A stretch of 53,077 nucleotides of DNA from a virus (Duplodnaviria; Caudoviricetes). Location: IMG/VR virus record IMGVR_UViG_3300038418_000044, positions 1 to 53,077 of that record; one strand, 5' to 3'. Below the pieces are notes generated by a model. It saw nothing but the letters and a program-made list of their open reading frames with translations, did not search any database and had not been told where the DNA came from. Below are positions 44,904 through 53,077 of this stretch, in pieces (position 1 is the first letter of the stretch; each line of letters starts with the position of its first letter). The position numbers were made by a program, and so were the translations under genes.

Positions 44904-47900
44904 TTACTGATCGAGCATTTCCCGCGCTGGGGCGATAGTGGCATCACGGTAGTCTTCCCACAGCTTAGGCTGCTTCCTCGTTGCATCAGCCAGCGCATCG
45001 GAATACGTGTACTTCGGGTCTTCCTTGTGCTCGGTCAACTCTTTTCGCGCTGCCTTATCAACTTCCACCACAGGGTCAGGGCCTTCGCTCTCAGAGCCCA
45101 ATCCTATCACCGAACTCAATGCAACCTGCTTTGGCGTGCTGGCCACGAACTCACCAAAGCCTGCGAGGTCAGTCATGGCCTGCCGCATCAGGTGAGGTCG
45201 CTGTTTGGGCAGGAACTTTCCACCTTGGATAGCCTCGTCCACAGCCTGCTCAGCCGCCTGCGCCTTGAACACAACGGAGGGCTCGATTCGGCCCTCATCG
45301 ACCAATCGTGGAACCTCACTCAGGTTGATACGCCCAGCTTTCTTGCTGCCTTCAGGGTAGCTGATGAGCCGCAGGATTTCGGTTGGACTCAACTCTTGGT
45401 CTGACGCCTTTACCTTCTTGGGCGGCTCCGGCTCATCGGGAGTCTCAGTCGGAGGATCAGTCTTATCCTGCAAGAACGCGCCAGCGGGCTCTTGCTCAGC
45501 AGGGTCTTTCACGGGATGCGTCGGGCCAGCCTGTGCATTCCCAGCAACAGGGTCGGCATCATCAAGCTCAGCGCAGAACTCCGCCATCGCCTGATCGCTC
45601 ATGCCCTTTGGCATGACGCACAACATCTCACCCAACTCATCGAATCGGCCAAAACGGCCCTTGAATTTCCCGTCTTCGATCTTTTTCACTTGGCTCTTCA
45701 TTGGTATCTCCGAAGCTGCCTGCGCTGATGGCGGGCCACTTTTGTCAATCTTGGATTTCCAAGCCGAAACGATGCGGCTTCTAATCTGACTTACCTGATC
45801 GCCACTATACTTCGCCGCGTTCTTACTCTTGTGGATGTAATTCCAAGCAGCCCTTATGTGCTCTTCAGTATCAACTGGATATCGCTTCTGTTTGTCCTTC
45901 TGGTAACCTGGATCAGCGTATGCGACATCCCCATAGGGCTTCTTATCCGCAAGTACAGCCATACACTCTTCTGATGCGTTAGCACTTACAGCGGCTTGTG
46001 GGGCAACAGGCGGTTGCTCGCCCTGTGGGCCAGCAGGTGGCTGAGAGGGGTCACAGAACTCCGGCTTCTTAACTGGCGGCTGGCTTTTGTCGAGAGTTTC
46101 CGCAGCTGACACCACTGGATTCGCGCCATCGGCAACAGGCACAGCAGTATCCAGAGGAGGATCGCTAGTGTCCGCAGTTTTCAACGCGGGAGCTGCTTCA
46201 GGTGGAGTTGTGCCCAGCGGCGTAGAATCAGCAGTCACACTCTGCGGCGCACCCTTGCCCAATGCCGCAGGAATATGCGCAGTACCCACGCTGATTAGCT
46301 CTTCCTCGGAAAGCAGAATGGGCGGCAGCTCTTCCAGGAATGGGTGGTTCGTGAGCGCCCCACTCGTCAACGTCGCACCTTGCGGTTCGCCAGAACCCTT
46401 ATCTTTCACGCCCCAGTCAATTGCGGGTGAGAAGAAGCGATACTGGCCAGTCCGCACCATGTCGGATGCCTGTGGAGTCCACTCAACACGCCCAATAAGC
46501 TGGTTGCCGCGTGTGTAAACATCGTGAATCCATCCTGCCGCGGGAATGGGCTGCCCTTTCGCAAGAACAGGGTGCTCAGAAGCATGTTCGTAGTCAATCA
46601 CTACTTGTTCGTTCTTACGTTTCTTGAAATTGTCTACAATGCTTTGCAAGTCTTGTTCAGTGATCGAGAATGGCTCGCCTTTTACCCAGCTACCCGTGCA
46701 GGCTAGCGGGATGTCCTGCACATCCTTGCCATTCCATGCGGTAGTGGGAGCCGCCATGCTGAGTAAAACAGTGAAAGGCATACCTAATACACCTGCGGAG
46801 AGCTTAACTTGCTTCTCACCTTTTTTGATGGGAGCGGTAATGCCTTTGGCTTTGTTAGCACGCAGGTTGTCCAACGCCGACTGCAACAGTGAAGCGTGCT
46901 TCGTCTCATCCTTCAGCGCGTTCTGGAAGGACTGCGCAGCTTGCTCGTTCTTCTCCTCGCGCGCGGCGGCGATGAATGCTGGGTAGGTGACATCGCGCTC
47001 TTTCGTCTCGCCCTTGTCCAACGCGGCTAGGAGGTTGGCTTCGGTCGTACCCACTTCAGGAGCTTTTGTACCCACTTTGGGCTTAGCCCCTAGTGCTCTA
47101 ATTGCGCCTGCGTGGTTGTCACGATGGGATGCTTCCTCTGTAGCAATAGAAGCTAGAGTGCCAGCAATATCAGTGTGGCCCTCTTCCTTAGCCTTCTGAG
47201 CGAAGGCTAGATATTTCGCATGCGCGTTGCACTCATCCTCGTGGGCATGCTGGAGATTGTCTAGGGTGGAGCCGACAGAATCCAGCGTAGCTTTCTTGTC
47301 GGCTTTCAGGGCCGTTACGAATTTACACTCACCACATCTGAATTCATCAGCCTTCGCAGCGGCCTCATATAAGTTACAACAACCGCGCTTCGAGGATATG
47401 CCACCCTCGACTCTCACGATGACACAATCAGCATCCTTGTGGGCTCCCACAAGCTCCAAATAGCCAGCAGTAGCAGCGTCAACCCTAAACTCATCCCCGG
47501 CTATTTCTATCGGGTCTTTGGGAGCATCAGCCTCGGGGTTGGAATCTTGCGGGATTGCGGGACGCGCAGGCTCATCGCGCTTACGGTCGTTTGTAGTCGC
47601 GTTCGACGGCAGGCTGTTGCCACTTAACATTTCAGTGGTAAAACCTGGGCGATCTGGGTTTGAGTTCATCGGCGGATGAGCTATGGGGTCAAATACAGAT
47701 TCGTAAGAAACCTTCACCCCATCAGAACGCCCAATCGTAGCTTCACCGTCTGCGACTTTTTCCCTTTCTTTCTGGATAGTCTTGTTGGCAACACCGAAAG
47801 CAAGTTCTTCAGCAGCATCCTTGTCCTTGCCTTCTGCTATAGATTTAGCATATACTGCGTTCCATTGAGCCGCCCAAGAAGCACGGATGCTTTCTGGGAC

Positions 47901-47933
47901 ATACGCAGGAGTCGAGTTTGCACTATATGGCAT
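44904..47933 (-). CDS. prohead protease/scaffold (Mu I-like) with ChaB-like N-terminus, rubrerythrin-like domain and DUF6582-like domain
   Basis: IDYEH, PAAGWI, VEWT..A, YRFFSP, ALTNHPFL (protease); E..H di-iron motifs; YADPGY..D...RYP.DTEEH.RAAW.YI. Confidence 0.85.
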   Translation of the reverse strand: MPYSANSTPAYVPESIRASWAAQWNAVYAKSIAEGKDKDAAEELAFGVANKTIQKEREKVADGEATIGRSDGVKVSYESVFDPIAHPPMNSNPDRPGFTTEMLSGNSLPSNATTNDRKRDEPARPAIPQDSNPEADAPKDPIEIAGDEFRVDAATAGYLELVGAHKDADCVIVRVEGGISSKRGCCNLYEAAAKADEFRCGECKFVTALKADKKATLDSVGSTLDNLQHAHEDECNAHAKYLAFAQKAKEEGHTDIAGTLASIATEEASHRDNHAGAIRALGAKPKVGTKAPEVGTTEANLLAALDKGETKERDVTYPAFIAAAREEKNEQAAQSFQNALKDETKHASLLQSALDNLRANKAKGITAPIKKGEKQVKLSAGVLGMPFTVLLSMAAPTTAWNGKDVQDIPLACTGSWVKGEPFSITEQDLQSIVDNFKKRKNEQVVIDYEHASEHPVLAKGQPIPAAGWIHDVYTRGNQLIGRVEWTPQASDMVRTGQYRFFSPAIDWGVKDKGSGEPQGATLTSGALTNHPFLEELPPILLSEEELISVGTAHIPAALGKGAPQSVTADSTPLGTTPPEAAPALKTADTSDPPLDTAVPVADGANPVVSAAETLDKSQPPVKKPEFCDPSQPPAGPQGEQPPVAPQAAVSANASEECMAVLADKKPYGDVAYADPGYQKDKQKRYPVDTEEHIRAAWNYIHKSKNAAKYSGDQVSQIRSRIVSAWKSKIDKSGPPSAQAASEIPMKSQVKKIEDGKFKGRFGRFDELGEMLCVMPKGMSDQAMAEFCAELDDADPVAGNAQAGPTHPVKDPAEQEPAGAFLQDKTDPPTETPDEPEPPKKVKASDQELSPTEILRLISYPEGSKKAGRINLSEVPRLVDEGRIEPSVVFKAQAAEQAVDEAIQGGKFLPKQRPHLMRQAMTDLAGFGEFVASTPKQVALSSVIGLGSESEGPDPVVEVDKAARKELTEHKEDPKYTYSDALADATRKQPKLWEDYRDATIAPAREMLDQ

Positions 47934-48699
47934 TGCTGATCTTCCTTAACGCAGCCCGCCGTCTCCTAGCCTCTGTGTATCTTTTTCGACCGGCTATTAT
48001 ACATTTTTTACAAACCCTACATCTCTTCTTCACACTGTATGCGGTATTTTCTGTAGTATATGGATGACCATTCCGACAACATTCTTTCGGTTTACGGTTA
48101 CGGCTAGCCGCACCAATCTTCGCTCTGTGCACAGGAGTAAGCTTATGGCCAAGGGTGTGTGTATTGCCCTTGAGCCTAGCACTTATGTCCGGCCTCTTCA
48201 CTCCTCTGCTCTTTCTTGGTTTGGTCTCAGGTGTTCGTTTCTTGCATTTAGCTAGTTTCCTGCCCTTCCTCTGGGCACTCCATTTGGCTCGTGTCTCAGC
48301 CGAGAACCTACGACCCTTCGCAACCTTACTCAGGAGGGCACATGTTTCTGGAGACCGTTTCCTGCCAGTGTTAGCCAGCCGCAGCTTCTCCTTGGTCTCT
48401 GCATGACAAGTATGATTACTGCCACCAGGTTTCACATTGTAGCCATTTGGTGCCACAGTGTTCTGCACCTTTATATGGTATTCCTCAAGCGCGTTCAATT
48501 CGTCTAACGTGTTGGCTTCCATGAGGATGCAAGATTCAAAATTCTCCGCCCCATATTTACGTATGGCAGCATGGAGGGGAAATATACTTCCATGTCTAGC
48601 CGCTGAAAGATGCTCTGCCCACCTATGTTTGAATGTATTGATCGTCTGCCCGACGTAAGCCTTATCACTGACGCGGCAGCGAATTAAATATACAATCAT
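47923..48699 (-). mobile_element. GIY-YIG homing endonuclease with NUMOD3 repeats
   Basis: IVYLI...K.YVGQT...RW.EH, AIRKYG.ENF, E, PNGYN..GG; SPET and SAETRAK repeats. Confidence 0.85.
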
Positions 48700-48759
48700 G
48701 CCAATCCAAGAGCGTAGGAATAGCCTCCATCAATTCGATGGGCCATAAGAGAACTTAGC

Positions 48760-50052
48760 TTATGGACGGTGTGTCGTCGCGTGGCACATAGCGTCCCACG
48801 CTCCCCCCGCCGGGTCAACGTAAATCCAGCAATATTCATTCTGCGCAACCGTTAACTGCGGCGGTGTGGAAACTCCGTTTACATGCCAAGTTGATGTAGT
48901 CACCGTCACGGCGGTAGAGCTTCCTGTAGTAGCATTCAATATAGCAAATCCACACTTGGGATTATTCAGCGTGGTCGCGTCTGGCAAGGATTCGGTTGCT
49001 GCATTGGCACCCAAGAACTGAACCTGAACTCCAGAACAGTCATTGTAGCCAACCGTATCAGCATCACCAATCACGTTCCTCACAGCGAATCCTATCTGAA
49101 ATTCCTGCGGGGCGGAGGATGCACTTGTGGTATTCCAACGGCCAAAGAAAAACTGGCCTCGCGTGGACGATGGCGTGGTACTCCCCAAAGTCGAAGTTGT
49201 GAGGTAGTAAGCTATGCCATACTGAATCCCGCTCGGTGTATAACCTACTAAAGGAGCGCATCCCGTAGCATTCCCACTCGCTGCAATCCCAGTGGGAGCA
49301 TAGCCGGTTTGACAGAGAGTCGGAGTGCCAGCGAGAGCTGAAGCGGTGCCCGTGTAGGTGCCACTGACTTCAAATCTCTCTATACCATCAGAAGGGTTGA
49401 GTGGCGTGATAACCAGACCAACCGCATTAGTGCTACTCGTGACAAAGTTCAGCCCATCCTGCGCAGTATTAGGCGAGCTATTAGTCTCCAGCGATATGCT
49501 CCCTCCGCCCCCACCGCCCAGAAAGGTACAATCAGTGCGGCTGTGAAGGGGGTTATCTGCGCAACTCACGCCAGTACCAATCAGATTGAGGATTTCCTCT
49601 GCTGATAGAACTATTCCACTCGCTTCAACAGTGCGATAGCCAACGCTCACAAATGGAGCGGGTGGGAAAGCCCCCAAAGGCGTATGTTGCCCGAGATTGT
49701 ACGTGGAGCCAGTGATGCTGTAGTTGGCTGTGTAGACCAAGTTGGATTGGCGCAAGTAGCGGACAGCGTAGAACGTCCCAGAAGGTGTGATAGCGTCATT
49801 GCCTGTCACGCTCACTGAGAAGCTGCCATTAGCAGCAGCCCTAGTGGATACCACTAGAGTTAGAACGACCGCCCCAGAGCTTGTAACCGTGCATACGTTG
49901 CCAGTGCCACAGTTCTGGAGTTGGAGCTGGACGGCAGCCCCGCCAAGCGCATATCCCTGCGAATCCACCACCGTGCCAGTGACCGTGGTAGCACGCGCGC
50001 TTATGGGCAGGAGGAGCAACAGGAACGCAAACCAGAATAAGCGAAATCGCAT
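48760..50052 (-). CDS. Thr/Gly/Ser-rich fibre-like protein with N-terminal signal peptide
   Basis: MRFRLFWFAFLLLLLPISARA|TT; beta-rich; C-terminal T.TLPDA..L....GF.I.N. Confidence 0.65.
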   Translation of the reverse strand: MRFRLFWFAFLLLLLPISARATTVTGTVVDSQGYALGGAAVQLQLQNCGTGNVCTVTSSGAVVLTLVVSTRAAANGSFSVSVTGNDAITPSGTFYAVRYLRQSNLVYTANYSITGSTYNLGQHTPLGAFPPAPFVSVGYRTVEASGIVLSAEEILNLIGTGVSCADNPLHSRTDCTFLGGGGGGSISLETNSSPNTAQDGLNFVTSSTNAVGLVITPLNPSDGIERFEVSGTYTGTASALAGTPTLCQTGYAPTGIAASGNATGCAPLVGYTPSGIQYGIAYYLTTSTLGSTTPSSTRGQFFFGRWNTTSASSAPQEFQIGFAVRNVIGDADTVGYNDCSGVQVQFLGANAATESLPDATTLNNPKCGFAILNATTGSSTAVTVTTSTWHVNGVSTPPQLTVAQNEYCWIYVDPAGGAWDAMCHATTHRP

Positions 50053-50053
50053 C

Positions 50054-50359
50054 TCATATCTCCAAAATATCCAATACCAGCACGCCAGTATATTGGCGGC
50101 TTTGGTCTGTCGAGACCACTATCTCAACATTGTGCCGCTCGCCAGTGTTGCCACCCTGTAGCCACAGGATCACGAAGGGAGAATCCACATAGGGGGCGGG
50201 CGATGAACCGATGATGGCAGCGCTGGAGTCAACCCCTGTCGCTGCGTTCGTGGACGTGGCCGAGATGATACCAGTTACGACCTCGCCCGGCTGCAAATCC
50301 GGTGTGAAATCTAGCTGATAGTCGAATATGTCTCTCGGGTCTTTCCAAGTTGCTGGCAT
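50054..50359 (-). CDS. small conserved virion (fibre adaptor-like) protein
   Basis: KDP....DY..DF, WLQGG..G..H.V....T...R. Confidence 0.65.
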   Translation of the reverse strand: MPATWKDPRDIFDYQLDFTPDLQPGEVVTGIISATSTNAATGVDSSAAIIGSSPAPYVDSPFVILWLQGGNTGERHNVEIVVSTDQSRQYTGVLVLDILEI

Positions 50360-50370
50360 GATGACTCCGT

Positions 50371-53076
50371 TCAGTCCTGTTTAGAGCGTGGTACAACGCT
50401 CCCTTTGGAGTGGGACTCAACCGAGCCCACCCTATCTCTATTTTCCACGCTGCCGCCGCGGGGTTGGCTTACCGTACCACCAGTATGCAGCCTACTCGCC
50501 GATGTCCCACCCTGACTGCGAGATTCGGCGCTTCCGCCACGTGTGGGGAAGAACATTCTCTCGACAAGGCGGTCTAGCCAGACCCATCGGTCTCCAAGCC
50601 TAACTAACAGGCCAAGTTCAATATTTTGAGCGTCTAGCCAAGTGATTGGCTCACTGGCCAGAACTCGGCAGCCTAGTGTTGGGACAGCAGCATCCAGCCA
50701 ATTGGCAGCGGTGCTATCCTGCGCAGAGTAGTGCGCGCCAACAGCAAGCTGGACTCTATCATCCCAGTTTGCGGACGCATCGTCGGCCACTGAGAACGTA
50801 AGCGGGCCTGCACCCTGAACGATGAGAGCATCCTGCCAACTAATGCCATCACTAGCGGATGCCTGCTGATGCCCCTGCTGGCCAGTAGAGTCCTGCGGGA
50901 TTCTGGAGTCAGTGATAGCTTCCTGCTCACCTTCCAGCAAGCCGAGAGCTTCCATTCCCACCCAGCTTATGGTATCGGTTGCAGTTACCAATTGCAGAGC
51001 ATAAAGGGCCTTGCTGACATTATCTGACCAATTAGCAGCATCAGAATCCGTGAGAAGTAGTAGCTCACCAGACCCTATGGATACCGCATCAAACCAAGAC
51101 TGCAAATCGCTGGCAGAGCATTGGCCAGTCTGGATCGCATACTGAGCATCATTCCAAGCGAGTGAGTTGACTAGGCTTAGAGCTTCCCCGCCCAGCAATT
51201 GCAGACTGTCCACCCATCCTGCAACCGCGCTGTCCGTTGGTGATCCAAGCTGGCCTGTGGTAACTGCTTGGCTATCCAACCATGCAAAGGGATCAATGGG
51301 GGCGAGCCGCTCACCGCCTAAGATGATGGTCTCATCCAGCCACGAGATGGAGTCTGACGCAGCGCAGGTGATACCAGTGGTGGTCGCAACGACCACGGTA
51401 TCATTCCAAGTGAAGCTATCGGCTAAGATGATAGCCCCCGCTCCAGCAAAGCTCAGAGCGTCCTGCCAGTTGGCTGCTTCACTGTCAGAGGGCGCTGCTG
51501 TTATTCCAGCCGCTCCGCTGACGATGACCGAATCCTGCCAGTTGGGGGACTGGTCATCGGCGAAGGAAATCTGCCCGTACTCAAATGCTTGCTGAGAATC
51601 ATTCCACCCATAGAACGTATCGGATAACTGGACTATCCCAGCTAGTGACGATGCTATCACATCAGCCAGCCAAGAAGCCTCGGACTCTGCCCATGGGATC
51701 AGTTCTCCCACCAAGATGAGTAAGGAATCATCCCAAGCGGGCATGTAATCAGAGAAACTGGCGAGGGTTCCCGCGATGACGGCCACAGCATCCAGCCAAG
51801 CTTGCTCAGAGTCGCTGGGCTGGACAATCTCGCCAACTAGGACAGTCCCAGCATCAAGCCAGTTTGCCACTTCCGAATCGGATGGGGCGAAGGAGACTCC
51901 AAGCTGGACTATTGCAGCATCCTCCCACCAAGAGAATACATCGGCAAGCGCAAGGTTTCCCCTACCTGCGAAGGTTAAAGCATCTAACCAGTTAGTGGAC
52001 TCATCATCAGAGGGAAGTGCGGTTATGGTAGCCTGTCCGCTGACTACAACCGCATCAGCCCAATTCGGACTCTCATCATCAGCGAGAGCAATCCTACCGT
52101 ATTCGGATACCGCCTCCGAGTCGTTCCAAGTGAATGTATCTGATGGCTGGATCAGTTCGGCTAGAGAGGATATAGAAACCGCATCAGACCAGTAGCCAAC
52201 CTCTGAATCAGTCCACAGGATTAGTTCTCCGACCAGCATGGCCAGCGAATCGTTCCAATTGCCAACTTGGGAATCGGCTGAGGATAGAACCTCTCCAACT
52301 AGCAGGTCTAGGTCTTCATTCCAGTTGAAGCCCTCATTACCAGAAGGCACATCGCCGAGGCCAAAGACAGCAGCATCACTCCAGTTCCCACTCTCAGAGT
52401 CGCTGGGTTGCGCAGGAATGCCCACAACCAGAGCTAGAGCATCCGCCCAGTTACCGTAGCAAGAATCGCTTGGCTGAACTTGGACGCCCGCGGTTGGGGT
52501 CTCAGCATCAGACCATATACTTGTCTCGGAATCCGAAGGTGTAAGCTGCTCGCCAACCAAGACGCTGGCTGTGTCAGCCCAATAGCCACCCTGAGAATCG
52601 GAGGGCTGGGGCTGCTCCCACCCTATCGCGCTGGCAGCATCAGACCAGTTGGCAGTCTCAGAATCAGATGGAGATATCTGCTCGCCAAGGGTCAGACTCT
52701 CAGAATCCCCCCAATAGGCGGCTTCCGCATCACTGGGGGATACCTGCTCACCGCCGACTATGGCAATTGCATCAGACCAGTTTCCCGCTTGAGAATCACT
52801 AGGCTGCGGAGAAATCCCCGTGATCGGAGTTTGCGCCTCTGTCCAATTATCCGCTTCCGAATCTGAGGGTGATACAATCTCGCCAACAAGGATGGTAGTA
52901 GAGTCAGACCAATTTCCCGCCTGAGAGTCCGATGGCTGCGGCTGAGACCATAGAATCTGGCTGGTGCTATCCGACCAGTTGCCCGTTTCAGAGTCGCTAG
53001 GCGACACCTGCCCACCCAGAATCAAGCTTCCTGAGTCAGACCAGTTAGCAACATCAGAATCACTTGGAGCGACTCG
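50371..53076 (-). CDS. acidic ~22-aa repeat protein (5' end outside the window)
   Basis: Frame stays open to the window end (RVAPSDSDVANWSDSGS...); PSDSExxNWxD repeats. Confidence 0.8.
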   Translation of the reverse strand, partial: RVAPSDSDVANWSDSGSLILGGQVSPSDSETGNWSDSTSQILWSQPQPSDSQAGNWSDSTTILVGEIVSPSDSEADNWTEAQTPITGISPQPSDSQAGNWSDAIAIVGGEQVSPSDAEAAYWGDSESLTLGEQISPSDSETANWSDAASAIGWEQPQPSDSQGGYWADTASVLVGEQLTPSDSETSIWSDAETPTAGVQVQPSDSCYGNWADALALVVGIPAQPSDSESGNWSDAAVFGLGDVPSGNEGFNWNEDLDLLVGEVLSSADSQVGNWNDSLAMLVGELILWTDSEVGYWSDAVSISSLAELIQPSDTFTWNDSEAVSEYGRIALADDESPNWADAVVVSGQATITALPSDDESTNWLDALTFAGRGNLALADVFSWWEDAAIVQLGVSFAPSDSEVANWLDAGTVLVGEIVQPSDSEQAWLDAVAVIAGTLASFSDYMPAWDDSLLILVGELIPWAESEASWLADVIASSLAGIVQLSDTFYGWNDSQQAFEYGQISFADDQSPNWQDSVIVSGAAGITAAPSDSEAANWQDALSFAGAGAIILADSFTWNDTVVVATTTGITCAASDSISWLDETIILGGERLAPIDPFAWLDSQAVTTGQLGSPTDSAVAGWVDSLQLLGGEALSLVNSLAWNDAQYAIQTGQCSASDLQSWFDAVSIGSGELLLLTDSDAANWSDNVSKALYALQLVTATDTISWVGMEALGLLEGEQEAITDSRIPQDSTGQQGHQQASASDGISWQDALIVQGAGPLTFSVADDASANWDDRVQLAVGAHYSAQDSTAANWLDAAVPTLGCRVLASEPITWLDAQNIELGLLVRLGDRWVWLDRLVERMFFPTRGGSAESRSQGGTSASRLHTGGTVSQPRGGSVENRDRVGSVESHSKGSVVPRSKQD

Positions 53077-53077
53077 C

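Noticed and set aside
50371-53077. CRISPR array or DGR template/variable repeats
   Set aside because: The repeats are degenerate at codon third positions and in frame; no identical repeats with spacers, no adenine-specific pair, no reverse transcriptase in the window
1-53077. Stop-codon reassignment suggested by frequent TAG
   Set aside because: Long genes are intact under the standard code and TAG stops fall at sensible gene ends

Overview
This window is a slice of a tailed dsDNA phage (or prophage) genome, siphovirus-like with a Mu-type head and neck module. Neither genome end is in the window, and no terminase, portal, integrase, rRNA, tRNA or CRISPR array is visible. The + strand (1 to ~20.1 kb) carries a cluster of five glycosyltransferase-like genes plus an FkbM methyltransferase, a macrodomain protein and two DNA methyltransferases. 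It also carries a family A DNA polymerase split into two genes about 2.1 kb apart, with the break inside the 3'-5' exonuclease and a UDG-like domain at the N-terminus, plus many small ORFs and a LamG-containing membrane protein. The - strand (~20 to 53 kb) carries another methyltransferase/glycosyltransferase pair, lysis genes, tail genes, tape measure, two tail-tube paralogs, neck genes and the major capsid protein. It also carries a 1009-aa prohead protease/scaffold with an embedded rubrerythrin-like di-iron domain, and an acidic Trp-periodic repeat protein that runs off the window end. Six free-standing homing-endonuclease-type ORFs are scattered through the window; two are flanked by synonymously recoded copies of the upstream gene's 3' end. 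Six sigma70-like promoters can be read directly, and one fires into a ~117-nt 5'/3'-paired candidate ncRNA. All product calls come from motif recognition by eye; no database search was run.
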